A stretch of DNA of 63,998 nucleotides, filler included, from Saprolegnia diclina VS20 (Eukaryota), in the NCBI RefSeq assembly GCF_000281045.1. It is 7 parts of 2 records of this genome, joined end to end, with 100 filler letters (N's around TTAATTAATTAA, not from the genome) between each part and the next. Parts side by side here need not be neighbours in the genome. Positions count along the whole stretch, not along the records: positions 1 to 14,388 come from NW_008246113.1; 6 more parts are not named here. One strand, 5' to 3'. The notes below the pieces were generated by a model. That model was not told the origin of the DNA, made no database searches, and saw nothing but the letters and a program-made list of their open reading frames with translations. Of this stretch, positions 1 through 11,942 are shown one piece after another. The number at the start of each line of letters is the position of its first letter. The stretch's first letter is position 1. Position numbers and translations under genes: made by a program.

Positions 1-257
1 TTGCCGTCCGCAACGCTCTCGAGACCGTGGGCGACCGCAGTTTGGAGACGGTCCTTGATCGCGAGCACTTGCTGGATCTTGTTGGTCGAGTTGGACGACT
101 TGAGGAGCTGGACATCGGCGACGAGGCCCTTGACGTCGGCGATGAGGTTGTCGGCGACTTGGATGCCATTCTGGAGGTTGGTGCCGACGTCTTGGGTCGA
201 GGCCGCGACGCCGCACACAAAGGCGAGGACGAGACCGGCAATCGTACTGAGCTTCAT
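1..257 (-). CDS. Secreted protein, 5' part (paralog of the Cys-rich family at 1437-5575); runs off the window
   Basis: Manual translation from ATG 257: MKLSTIAGLVLAFVCGVAASTQDVGTNLQNGIQVADNLIADVKGLVADVQLL...LAIKDRLQTAVAHGLE. Signal peptide nearly identical to the 3178 gene; AIKDRLQTAVAHGL resembles SIKDHLQQAIAHGL. Confidence 0.8.
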   Translation of the reverse strand, partial: MKLSTIAGLVLAFVCGVAASTQDVGTNLQNGIQVADNLIADVKGLVADVQLLKSSNSTNKIQQVLAIKDRLQTAVAHGLESVADG

Positions 258-273
258 ACTTATTGCTGGGGAT

Positions 274-290
274 CGAAATGCAAAGTGAGT
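274..290 (-). promoter_or_regulatory. Oomycete Inr/FPR core promoter motif
   Basis: Minus strand ACTCACTTTGCATTTCG just upstream of ATG 257; fits the TCAYTY..CAWTTY consensus. Confidence 0.65.
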
Positions 291-419
291 GTGGCGGGCA
301 ACAGCGCGCGTGTCCGTCTTGACGTCGCACCCGCCGTGTCGTGTGGGTGCGCAGTTGTCCGAGTTATCAGTTGGAACGGTACAAGAAAGGACAGTATTGT
401 TCTCGTTGCCATCCCTGCC

Positions 420-543
420 TGTTGTTGAAATGAGTTAATAACATGCAATTATATAGTGAAGATGGTGGACTTCCTAGTGCGCTCGTGAGGTTTGGCCGGT
501 ACGTCAAGCTGAGGGCGCGTGGTCGGGGCTCGGGATTGAGTTG
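420..543. repeat. Dispersed ~124 bp repeat, copy 1 (inverted relative to 23124-23247)
   Basis: Reverse complement aligns closely with 23124-23247; terminal 20 bp also occurs at 40051-40070. Confidence 0.85.
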
Positions 544-1436
544 GGAATGAGGTAGCGACAACACCAGAGGTCGGCACGTAGGGCATTGCCATCTCTGCCT
601 GTTGAACACTTGCTGGGTCGTCGTCCAGTCGTGACAGTGCCACTTTTATAGTTCAGTTGGCCGAGTCAAGGCACATTTGAGCTGGCAACGCCGCGTTAAG
701 AGTTGAGATGCCTTGTACCGCCTACGTACTCGTTGCTGGATCACAGGAGTGATACTGAGATAACGAACGCATCGGACGGTGCCGTTTGCTCGAGCATTGC
801 CGGTAGCTGCGAGCAATCATGCAGTTGGCGACGCTGTATCCCTGCGCATGGCAAGTACGAGCACCGATGACGTGTGGGTACTATCCAAAGTCCGCACACT
901 CGTTCACAGCCACACATACGTATACATCCTTGGGTAGCGCCGACGTCGGTGGATGACACGTCGACGTCGGACGTTTCTTAACCGCTTTTTCAAGCGCATA
1001 TGACAACTCTAATAGCGACGTTGCTCATCTTTTGACATCCAGCGACCAGTCAACAGCTCCACTTCATGGTCTTCCCACGCCTTGTCTCCGCAATGACTTG
1101 TGGGATTGCCACCACTCCAACCAAGCATGCTTGGAATACCTGTATCAACGCGTTCGCCAACTTTAAATCGAATACCTCGACAAAGTGGGCCTCGCAAGAA
1201 CCCTACCCGCACTACGAAGAAACTTGTCGTCAGAGCTGTAGTGCAAGGCGGGATTGGTCAATCGATTTCGTTCGGAAGCGAGTAGCAATTGTCTTGTAGG
1301 TCACATGCAACCACCGCTGGTTCAACCAACGTATACACCATATCGTACTCACATGTCATCATACCAAAGTACACGATCTTCACTCGATTGAATACTCCCT
1401 AGTGCTACGACTACGACTACGACAAGAGAATGTCGC

Positions 1437-3178
1437 TTACTGCATCTGGTCGAGCTTGCAGTGCTCCATGACGACGATCTTGGACCCGGTCTGAACGCCG
1501 TTTGAGATCGCACCCTGCGAGTCCTTGTTGACAGCGCTAAGCGCGATCTTGGCGATGCCGCCAATGATATCGACAGCGCTCGACGCACACGTGGCCGCCG
1601 ACGACGTGCAAAAGAGACCGCAGCCGAACGGCGTCGCGCCACCGCACTTGGGCCAGCACATGGGACCCTTGCCCTTGTACTTGTCGGCGCACGGCGGGTA
1701 GCACATCAGGCCGCTCTTTTCCTTGCCAGCTTCGCAACCAAGACGCGAGGCACCAGCGCCGCGACCATAGTGGTCCTTGCGGCAGAAGGCACCGTCGTCA
1801 TGCGTACCAGCGGGGCAGTCGGGCGTGCAGATGCAGCAGCCAAACGGATGGAAACCGGCCTTGCACTTGGGGTACCACATGAGACCGTTCTTCTCGCAGC
1901 CTTGCGGGTTCTCGGCATTGCACTTGTCTTCGTTCCAGAGCGCGTAGCCCGAGCCGCGGCCGTACGCCTTGGGCTTGGTGCATGACATGACATACCAATG
2001 TCAGTAACACCTTCGGCGCCGCTGCAGCCCTTCTTGCGGCAGATGCAGCAGCCGACCTTCTCGTAGCCTTCCTTGCACTTGGGGTAGCAGAGCGCGCCGT
2101 AGGCCTCCTCGCCTTCCTGGCACTGGTTGAAAACGAACGAACCGACGCCACGGCCAACACCTTCGCGCAAGCAGACGCGCGGCGCCGGGTCGAGCGACCC
2201 GAGCACCTGCTGAAGCGCCGACTGGATGTCGTTGACGACACCGACACTGTCCTTCATGTCGATGCCCTTGTTGTCAATGATCTTTTGGATGTCCTTGATG
2301 ACCTTCTCGCTGCCCTTGACGTTGTCGAGGCCGTGCGCAATCGCCTGTTGCAAATGATCCTTGATGCTGAGGAGCAGCGTCGCGTTCACGGGGCCGCCCT
2401 GCGAGAGCAAGTGCATGTCGTTGGCGAGGAGCGCAATGTCATTCTTGGTGTCAATGATGACCTTGGCGATCGTCTGCGCGTCATCATGGATCGCGCTCGT
2501 CGCGTTCGGCGCGACCGGTGACGCCGGCAACCAGCGCGACGTCAGCGAATTGACCGCCGCCACGATACCGTCCGCGTCTTCGGGCTTGCCGCCGTCCTTG
2601 AGCAGCGCCTGCACGTCCGCAATGATCTTNNNNNNNNNNNNNNNNNNNNNNNNNNNNNNNNNNNNNNNNNNNNNNNNNNNNNNNNNNNNNNNNNNNNNNN
2701 NNNNNNNNNNNNNNNNNNNNNNNNNNNNNNNNNNNNNNNNNNNNNNNNNNNNNNNNNNNNNNNNNNNNNNNNNNNNNNNNNNNNNNNNNNNNNNNNNNNN
2801 NNNNNNNNNNNNNNNNNNNNNNNNNNNNNNNNNNNNNNNNNNNNNNNNNNNNNNNNNNNNNNNNNNNNNNNNNNNNNNNNNNNNNNNNNNNNNNNNNNNN
2901 NNNNNNNNNNNNNNNNNNNNNNNNNNNNNNNNNNNNNNNNNNNNNNNNNNNNNNNNNNNNNNNNNNNNNNNNNNNNNNNNNNNNNNNNNNNNNNNNNNNN
3001 NNNNNNNNNNNNNNNNNNNNNNNNNNNNNNNNNNNNNNNNNNNNNNNNNNNNNNNNNNNNNNNNNNNNNNNNNNNNNNNNNNNNNNNNNNNNNNNNNNNN
3101 NNNNNNNNNNNNNNNNNNNNNNNCCGCGACGCCGCACACAAAGGCGAGGACGAGACCGGCAATCGTACAAAACTTCAT
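1437..3178 (-). CDS. Secreted Cys-rich repeat protein (CYPKC / YGRG repeats); interrupted by an N-gap and a 5-bp duplication frameshift near 1981-1990
   Basis: Signal peptide MKFCTIAGLVLAFVCGVA, helical region, then CYPKCKEGYEKVGCCIC...KPKAYGRG...WYPKCK..CTPDCPAGTHDDGAFCRKDHYGRG. Colinear with the intact paralog 4448-5575 if one CATGA is removed. Confidence 0.85.
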
Positions 3179-3220
3179 GGTGATGATACTCGTGGGCACC
3201 GAGTGTGTATTTTACAAAGT

Positions 3221-3236
3221 AAAATGAAAAGTGAGC
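3221..3236 (-). promoter_or_regulatory. Oomycete Inr/FPR core promoter motif
   Basis: Minus strand GCTCACTTTTCATTTT about 45 nt upstream of ATG 3178. Confidence 0.65.
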
Positions 3237-4447
3237 TCCGATATCTGCTTGGTGCAAACGGGACCGACCACCATGTGTTATACCATATGGTGCGGCGACA
3301 CGCACTGGATATGTTCGTGTTGAAGTCTCCGCGTGGCACTCTCTGGCTCTTGCATGGTGCATAAGATTACAGCGTGCACATTGCAGCCAAACATACTGGT
3401 GCGTTGTATGGTACCGTTACCTGAACATGTAAGTAGCATAAATGCGATGTAGGTGGTCGCCAGGTAGAAAAAGAGTCTCTGCTGCACCATGCAGCTTTGG
3501 ATCGGCACGCGACGTCGGATAGCGCGGATGGTTTTAGCTGCAAAATGGCCCTTCCCCGAGCCCGATATACGTTCAAACATCGTCTGCAGCTGCCATGTAC
3601 ACTGTATGACGACCTATCTATGTGCTGCCGTACAGCATTGATCACTGATCACCGTTTCCTGTAGGACGTTTCATGTCAATACAATGTTAATACCGCTGCA
3701 TACGCTGCTACGTAGTGTCGGGGCAGTGCGCGTGGGTGGGAATATCTTATTCTTGCATACGCCACACGCACTACAAGGGCTTATTTTCACTTGTGCTAAA
3801 ACGACCACCTTGGATCGGAGACGCATTGCCGCTGCAGTGTACAGCACGCTGAGTAGCCGTAGTCGTGTCGTGTACTAGTACGCGGTCATCCATTTCCACC
3901 CTGTCTTCTGAGAAGGCCGCTCTTTGACCGCAGGATCCAGGCACGGTCATCCACACACCGGATGGTTCAGACCGTCGGATCGTAACTCACAGCGTCCATC
4001 ACATGCAAAACAGCTGTTACTAGAAGGGCCACGGTTTCTCTACCGAGCACGTTCGTCGCACGTTCGTCGCAGACCGTGACAGCCGTCCATGACTGCGACT
4101 CACATCGATTACTGTAGATGAAAATGCACGACGCGTGCCGTGTCCAGAAATCCAGAGCCATCCATCCAAAGCTGCCAACTAAGATCAACTAAGACGGTCT
4201 TTGTGCTTAGCACGGTACCGGTAGTCAATCGGGTCCGCAACTACAATAGGTAGGGTGGTTGGTGCTAGTTGCGTCGTTCTCGACCCACCTGCAAAGAATA
4301 ACGCAAAAACAACACCTTGTAGCTGGTACTACTTTGTATCACAAAACAAAAAAGTGTAGAGTACCGCGTTGTGCATCGAACCTCACTGTGACGTGTGTCA
4401 TTACAAAGCTATGGTCGAAGCATCCAGCACCTTGGCTATTACGACGC

Positions 4448-5575
4448 TTACTTAGGGCACTTGTCCATCGTGATGAGCTTGTAACCGGCCTTGACGGTTT
4501 CCTTGACCGCGCCAACATAATTCTCCGCGACAATACTGAGCGCGATCTTGGTCGCGCTACCCGCAATCTCGACTGCACTGGACGCGCACGTCGCACTGGT
4601 CGACGTGCAGAAGAAGCCGCACTGGAACGGCGTCGGACCCGAGCACTTTGGCCAGCAGAGCGGCCCGAGGCCGTTCTGGTTGCGCTGGCACGGCGGGTAG
4701 CAAAAGAGACCGCTCTTGTCCAAGCCGTCGTCGCAGCCGAGGCGGGGCTTGCCGATACCGCGGCCATAGTGGTCCTTGCGGCAGAATGCGCCATCGTCCT
4801 TCGTGCCCGCAGGGCAGTCGGGGGTGCAGAGGCAGCAGCCAAAGTTATGGTAGCCCGGCTTGCACTTGGGATACCACATGAGCAAGTGCTTCTCGCAACC
4901 TTGCGGGTTTTCGCGCATGCACTTGTCCTGGTGCCAGAGCGTGTAGCCAATGCCGCGGCCGTACGCCTTGGGCTTGGTGCACGAGATACCAATGTCATGG
5001 ACGCCTTCGACACCGCTGCAGCCCTTCTTACGGCAGAGGCAGCAGCCGACCTTCTCGTAGCCTTCCTTGCACTTGGGGTAGCAGAGCGCACCCCACGACT
5101 CTTCGCCGTCCAAGCACTTGGTCTTGACGAGCTTGCCGAGGCCACGGCCTTCGGCGAGGCGCATGCACACCTTGGGGTTCGGGTCCAAAAGCGAGAGGAC
5201 ATTCTGCACAGCGTTCTGGACGCCGTTGGCAATGTCGATACCCTGTGCCGGGTCGAACGCCTCGAGCTTGGACGGCTTGATGACCGTGCCAATCTCGTGC
5301 AGCATTTCGTCGCTGCCTTGGAGCTTGTTGAGCGCAAGCGCGTTCGCTTGCTCCATGTTGTGCTGGATGCTCGCGCGCAGCGTCTCGTTCATGCCGTCCT
5401 TGGCGACCGCTTGCATGTCGGCAATGAGCTGGGCAATGTTGTAGTCGACGAGGTTGAGGAGCTCGGCACTGTTGGGAGGCGACGCCGCCTCGATCGTCGG
5501 GAACGCCGTCGGCAACGTCGTGTTGGAGGCCGCCACGGACGCGACCACGAGCGCGGCGAGACCAAACAACTGCAT
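4448..5575 (-). CDS. Secreted Cys-rich repeat protein, 375 aa, intact
   Basis: Signal peptide MQLFGLAALVVASVAA, helical N-domain, repeated CYPKC/WYPKC/CYPPC and YGRG modules, C-terminal amphipathic segment. Inr-like GTCACTTTTCCATTTC at 5598-5613. Confidence 0.9.
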   Translation of the reverse strand: MQLFGLAALVVASVAASNTTLPTAFPTIEAASPPNSAELLNLVDYNIAQLIADMQAVAKDGMNETLRASIQHNMEQANALALNKLQGSDEMLHEIGTVIKPSKLEAFDPAQGIDIANGVQNAVQNVLSLLDPNPKVCMRLAEGRGLGKLVKTKCLDGEESWGALCYPKCKEGYEKVGCCLCRKKGCSGVEGVHDIGISCTKPKAYGRGIGYTLWHQDKCMRENPQGCEKHLLMWYPKCKPGYHNFGCCLCTPDCPAGTKDDGAFCRKDHYGRGIGKPRLGCDDGLDKSGLFCYPPCQRNQNGLGPLCWPKCSGPTPFQCGFFCTSTSATCASSAVEIAGSATKIALSIVAENYVGAVKETVKAGYKLITMDKCPK

Positions 5576-6689
5576 GGGAATAGTTCACAAGAGTTGTGAA
5601 ATGGAAAAGTGACGACCCGACGCACGTGTGAGAGCGCGAGGGCCAGAGTGGTCCTTGGACGTGGATGGTCGACATATGTTGTTCTGGCTTTTAATCAGCG
5701 ACGGTTTTCTGAGTTGGGCGTAACGCCTCCTAATCCACCACGACCACAAACATATGGCGAATGTATGGCCATCCATGCAAGCTCGGCAAAATTGGACGTC
5801 GGAGTATATACTGTACCTAGGCGGCTCTCTACTCTTGCACTGCAGTGGTGCAATGGACGAAAAAAGGGGTGTCGATGACCGCGACGCAAGGATGCTCTGT
5901 CGGTCCGCTGGACGCACCTGGGTAACTACAGCCATCCGCGGTGACAAGAGCCATGACGAGACACAGGGCTAGCATCGACGCTCGTACTAGTATCCGACGT
6001 GTATGTGTTTTCCATGCACGAATCCGTGCAGTCAAGCGCCCTTCCGTGGCAAAGGTCGTCGATGCAACCACAACGTCGTTGCTGACAATGTGCGTTCTGA
6101 TTTTACCGTATTGTTGGACAGCACAAAGGATATTGCATGCATTCTAGCACCGTACTAGTACGTGAAAATGCTCCGTGTGACTGTAGTGGCTTGTGCGTAC
6201 ATGGGCAGGCGCTGCATATCCGCGTAGCATCAACACGATGTGACGTCACACGCGAAGCGCACCGCTGCGATCGTGGCTAGCAAACACCAGTCATGCGCCA
6301 CCGAGAGCAAGCTCCATTTGCATGCTGGTTGGGTCGTTTGGGTGGCTCTCGGGCGACAGGTCACCGAATCGAGATCCGACACGCCACCCTAGCCTCCGTT
6401 CATGACATAGACAATACATGCGTCCGAGTCCTTTGTTGCAGTGTTGCAGCTCTTAAATCAAAATGCGAGCACGACGCAGAACGGTCGTCGACTTCGAAAG
6501 TCTATTTGACCGCGTGATGCAATGGCCAGCCAACGTCATGGCAACTACGATCCATCTCGCGCATCGACTTGATCACCATCGTTTCTCCTTGAGTCCCGAC
6601 AGTCAGCAACGCAAGAAACAAACATTAGGCGTCACATTGCTTCCAACTCTTCTCCCATACGAGGACTCTAAACCAAATTGATGCTTACG

Positions 6690-7215
6690 TGCGCTCGGGT
6701 TGCGACCGACGACGCAGCGAATACCAAACGCCGGCAGCGTCATGGGATACCGCGAGCGGCCACTCAGCTGGAAAACGACGCAGCCTTTGGGGAGCGCGTC
6801 GGTCTCATCGAGAGCGCCCATGTGAATGACGCTGTCGTGAACACGGAGGCGTGCCTCGCGTTGGATGCAGCGCAGCGAGTAGTGGCGCATCCATGCAGCC
6901 ACGCGGCCACGAGCCGGTCGTAGACCGAGACGCCGGCTTGCAGCATGCATAGCATCGGTGCTTCTGGCGCATAATGACGCAGGAGATGAACCACCGTTGT
7001 TGGTGTATCCAGCGACATTGTGGTCACAAGCAACATGGCGGCCAGGGTGAAAATGGAGTCGTCGAGCGTCGGAAGGAATGTGATGCGCTGCTGGTTCAAG
7101 TACGCCGGCGACACTTGCGGCGCATTGCACACTTTAGTCTCTTCGTGGTCCGACGTAAACTTGCGACTTCAGGGCTCCGCGCCTGCGCCGCCTCCAGCGC
7201 ATCCGTGGTCGCCAT
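6690..7215 (-). pseudogene. Inverted, internally deleted RdRP remnant
   Basis: MATTDALEAAQARS (similar to the RdRP N-terminus ELVQARS) is joined to RKFTSDHEETKVCNAPQVSPAYLNQQ...MGALDETDALPKGCVVFQLSGRSRYPMTLPAFGIRCVVGRNPS with frameshifts. Matches RdRP core encoded at ~9300-9790. Confidence 0.85.
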
Positions 7216-7369
7216 CCCGTTTCTCTGTGATGGCCACGATGCTCAAAGCGGCCAGCGGCGAGGCGACGACAAAATAGCGTGATGCCATTGGCGCAAACAT
7301 GCCCCAATCAATCACCGAGGAGCCACCATTATTCCACCAATCATCGCACTTTGTAACGAATTTGCACCA

Positions 7370-10300
7370 ATGGCCTTCGCCCGCCTGTCGTGGCATGCAG
7401 AAACGACGACGATGCACCTGGACGACGATCGACGCCTTGCCGAGCTCGTGCAGGCGCGGTCGATGGCCGACGACGCCGTCGCCCGCACAGCCGACCGCGC
7501 GTCCGCCTTCACCAACAGCTCGGCGCGTCGGCGGGCGGCCACATCCAACGTGGTTGCTGCGACCATGACGAACGTCCCCTCCGAGGCCACCGCCGCCGAC
7601 GTCGCCGCCTTTTGCCGGCAGCACGCCAACATCCTAAGCTTCCTCTCCGTGTCCATGGCGCCTCATCACCCCGGCCGACCCGGACGCTCAACGATCCACG
7701 TCGCCTCGCACCACGAGCATGCGCGCCTGCTCCGCCTCGACGGGGTCCGATGGCAGCGACAGACGCTTTCCGTGCGCGCGGCGAATCCTATCTCGTGGTC
7801 GCTCTGCGCCGACGTGGTGAGCCAAGTGTTTTCTTGTTCGTGTCTGCATGTCCTCTCGACGGCACAGAGCGCCCAGCCCACGTACTCGGTGCTTGATGGT
7901 GTGACCTTGACGTGCTCGGCGACCGAAGCGACGGCGTTTGGCGTCGCGTTCAACGCCGACGGGCATCGATACCGCATCTGCTTCAAAGTCACGAGCGTCG
8001 CCCGGTGCCGTGTCAGCAGCAACCGAAGTGGACAAGTCGTCGTCCGCTGGACGCTGCGCGTCCCACCGTTCTGCTACGTCGGTGTCTCGCCGAGTGCCAA
8101 CGACCGCAGTTGGCCGATTGCCGATGCCGTGCAAAAGTGGCAGCGCGCCGACGATCCGTCGTTCAATGGCGCCTTTGGCGCGTGTCGCTGCTACCATCTC
8201 GTGCTCGACGACAGTCAACTCGACCATGTCCTTGCCGTGCTGCGCAGCTTTGGCGTCGCCGAGGTCGTGCGCGACAACGCAGCACCCACGTACGCCATGC
8301 CACATTCGCCGCGTCGCACGGACTGGGCCCACGGCTACGCGTCGTACTTCGATAGCTTTTCGTTTCTATTGCGGTATGCCGTCCACGTCCTGCTGTCGCA
8401 AGACATACTTCTTCTCTCAGACGCGCACGACGCCGAGTGCGTTGCTGCGGTCCTCGCGGCGTCCGGTGCGTCGGCGCAGCATGTGCTTGGCTTTCTCCAG
8501 TCGCCGACACGCGGCCCACCGGATGCACCACTGGCGCTCCAGTCGTTTCTCGACTACCTCGATGCGACGCCGGCGCCCGAGAATGCCAACGCACTCAGCG
8601 ACCAAACGGCGTATGGCGCCGAGATGGCCCTCGCCACAGTACCAGAAGTGCGCCGGGTGCTCGTGACGCCATTGCGCATCATCGCCGAAGCCCCGCAAGT
8701 CGACGTGTCCAACCGCATCTTGCGCCAGTACGCTCAACATATCGACCGGTTCCTCCGTGTCAGCTTTGTCGACGAGAATTTCGGACCGCTCTACAGTGCC
8801 AAGAGTCCTCGGGTCCTCGACCGCGTTGCGTCAGTTCTGCATGACGGTCTTGTCGTCGCCGGCGAAACGTACGTCTTTCTTGGGTACTCGAACTCGCAAC
8901 TGCGCGTGCACAGCTGCTGGTTTTACCGGAACCCGCCACGGGGGTCGACGCTTGTGCCATCGGCGACGTCGATCTACCTCTCGCTCGGTGATGTGCATGC
9001 GATTCCATCGGGCAGCAAGCGCGGCGCCCGGCTTGGCCAAGCGTTTAGTACGACGACGTCGACGGTTGCCGTGTCGCCGTTCCGGTGCAGCGTGCGCGCC
9101 GACGTCAAGCGCAACGGCCACATCTTCTCCGACGGCATCGGTGTCATCTCGTCATCGCTCGCCGACGATATTGCGATGAAATTGCGTCTCAACTATGTCC
9201 CGTCGGCCTACCAGATCCGGTACGGCGGCTGGAAGGGCGTCGTCGCCGTTGACACGGCGCTGCCGTCGGCGACCACCGACATGGCGCTGCGCGATTCCAT
9301 GCGCAAGTTTGCCTCGGAGCACGATGCTATCGAGGTCTGCAGTGTGCCGCAAGTCTTGCCTGCGTACTTGAACCGGCAGCTCATCACGCTCTTGACGACG
9401 CTCGGCGTTCGCGACGATGCCATTCTGGCGCTGGCCGACGAGATGCTGCGCGACACGGCGGCACCGCTGGATACGCTGGTCAAAGCCATTCGGTTCGTCA
9501 AGGCATATGCGCCAAAGGCCCCGATCCGACGTCTTCTCGAGGCCGGGATCAGCATCCACGACCCGCTCGTTGCCGACTGGCTGCATCTGCTGCGGCAACA
9601 TTTGCTCCACAGCGCCCAGTTCAAAGCTCGGGTCCGTGTGCCAAAGGGCGTCGTGCTCATGGGTGTCCTTGATGAGACCAATACGCTGCCCGAAGGCTGC
9701 ATCTTCTTTCAGTCCAGTGGCATGTCGCGGTATGCGATCACACCACCGGCGTTTGGCACGCGCTGCGTCGTCGGCCGCAACCCGAGCCTTCACCCAGGTG
9801 ATCTTCGGGTGCTGACGTACACCAACGCCCCAGCCCTCCGCCATCTCTTTGACGTAATCGTCTTCTCGTCGCGCGGCCAGCGACCGGTGACCGACATGAT
9901 GTCAGGCGGTGACTTGGACGGCGACCTCTACTTTTGTCTCTGGGACCAACGNNNNNNNNNNNNNNNNNNNNNNNNNNNNNNNNNNNNNNNNNNNNNNNNN
10001 NNNNNNNNNNNNNNNNNNNNNNNNNNNNNNNNNNNNNNNNNNNNNNNNNNNNNNNNNNNNNNNNNNNNNNNNNNNNNNNNNNNNNNNNNNNNNNNNNNNN
10101 NNNNNNNNNNNNNNNNNNNNNNNNNNNNNNNNNNNNNNNNNNNNNNNNNNNNNNNNNNNNNNNNNNNNNNNNNNNNNNNNNNNNNNNNNNNNNNNNNNNN
10201 NNNNNNNNNNNNNNNNNNNNNNNNNNNNNNNNNNNNNNNNNNNNNNNNNNNNNNNNNNNNNNNNNNNNNNNCTCAACCTCTCGGCGTACCCCGACTTTAT

Positions 10301-10820
10301 GGAGCGGTCGGGGCCAAAGTACGAGTCCAAGACGGCGCTCGGCGAGCTCTATCGTCGGTCGCGCGCTGTCTCGGTGCGTCCGCAACCGACTGACAACGGC
10401 GTCGACTGGAGTGTGGTCGTGCCGGGGTACGAGGCCCACGTGCAAGACGCGCGCCATTGGTTTGTGCAGTACGCCCACGCGCTCTTCACGCTCTGTCAGC
10501 AGTTCGGGATCCAGACCGAGGTCGAGCTCATCTCGGGCTACATCCAGAAACTCTCGCGCACGGTGGGTCGGGCCGAGCGACTGGACCCGGCCGACGACGC
10601 GGTCGAGCGCATCCGAGTGGCCGTGCGGTTCGTGCAAGAGCACTATGCGCGTGTGTTTTGGCGCGGCCTCGAGTCCAAGGCACCGAGTGATCCGGCAGTG
10701 TTGCGCAAGGCGTCGGCGTGGTACTACGTGGCCAACACGTACGATGAAGGCACGACAGCGTACCGCAGCTTTGCATGGCTGGCGCTCGAGCCGCTGTGTG
10801 TGCTCTTAGACCAGCGCTAG
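7370..10820 (+). CDS. RDR: Cellular RNA-dependent RNA polymerase (RNAi RDR, DLDGD type) with an N-terminal RRM-like domain; N-gap 9952-10271; true start may be ATG 7412
   Basis: Motifs SNRILRQY, FLRVSFVDE, FLGYSNSQLR, ARLGQAFS, FSDGIG, QIRYGGWKG, GRNPSLHPGD and catalytic SGGDLDGD. After the gap, YPDFME...YESKTALGELY...KASAWYYV...SFAW, stop at 10820. Confidence 0.95.
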
Positions 10821-11669
10821 CATCGTACAGTCTCATGTCTGTCGGAGGGAGACCATTCCTTCAGTTTTGCAATGACAAGTTGTTTGTTCATCATACTAGT
10901 AGTTATGCCGCAAACTGCGTTGTAGGTAGAGCATCGCAGCAAAGGCCAAACGAGACTGTCGGCAACGATAGAACTGCAGAGACGAGGCTGCAACCCTGTA
11001 ACAAGGGTAGCGAGATCGTTGCCACACACTGGCGCGCCGACGAATCAAGTCGCTCGTGACGGAGAGAGGTTGCACGTACTGCTACGCGGCATCCCTATCC
11101 CTGGGCACTGGGTAATTTTTCAATCAATTTGATTGGAATAAAATGGGCATTTTTGAAACCACGTGCTGACACGCGCGGACATGCGGAATCACTTGAGCAT
11201 TGCAGTGACCAAGGACCAGTCTGTCTCGAATTATGAAGGCTCAAAGCGCCGTGTGTTGGCTCGCGTTGGATATCTCGATGAATTATGTTTCAATAAAACA
11301 ACAATTGTTGATGAGTTTCAAAACAAATACTTGCATACTTTGATAACCACGCATACAGCGTCTCTCGAGTCAGAACGCGCCGGCACAACGCGGTTTGTTG
11401 GCAGCTATTGAAACTAATCCCAGCATTTTCCAATATTTGTTTCATTTTGGTCATGCACCCGACGGCAGGAGTGATTTTTGCGAGCGTCCATCATTTTCCA
11501 TGTGAGCACCAGCTTGTGACGAGGTCGTTGTGATCCGAAGGCCCTTTTACATGCTGTCATGATCACAAGACATCACGTGCGCTCAACCATGTGCATTCAC
11601 GACTTAAGTCCAGTTGCAGCTACTACACTAGGTCGAGATGCACGGTTGCGGGATGCATCGCGGAGCTGC

Positions 11670-11942
11670 CTAGTTGCGGCTCGAGTGGCTGTCGCTGGAC
11701 TTCGTGTTGCCCGTGACCTTGTCCTTGGCATCGCGCGCCTTGTCGGCCACCTTGCTCGACATGTCGGACGCCTTGTCTTTGAGCTCGTGCGCCTTGTCCG
11801 ACGCCTTCTCGTGGAGCTCACTCGCCTTGTCGCTGGCCTTGTCGTGAAGCTCGTGGGCCTTGTCCGACACCTTGTCGCGCGCCGACGCCAACTTGGAGGA
11901 CGCGCTCGAGCTCGTGTCGCTGGTCTTGCTGGTTTCCGACAT
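11670..11942 (-). CDS. Small hydrophilic group-3 LEA-like protein (90 aa)
   Basis: Tandem 11-mers DKAHELHDKAS / DKASELHEKAS / DKAHELKDKAS; no Cys or aromatic residues. Confidence 0.75.
   Translation of the reverse strand: MSETSKTSDTSSSASSKLASARDKVSDKAHELHDKASDKASELHEKASDKAHELKDKASDMSSKVADKARDAKDKVTGNTKSSDSHSSRN

Noticed and set aside
4259..5599. Long antisense or alternative-frame ORFs (e.g. 4259-5599 +, 19472-20464 -, 27344-28483 -, 52876-54270 -)
   Set aside because: Shadow ORFs caused by high GC3 of real genes on the other strand or frame.
7370..10820. RdRP as an endogenous RNA virus
   Set aside because: DLDGD double-psi-barrel motifs identify a cellular RNAi RDR, not a viral GDD palm polymerase.
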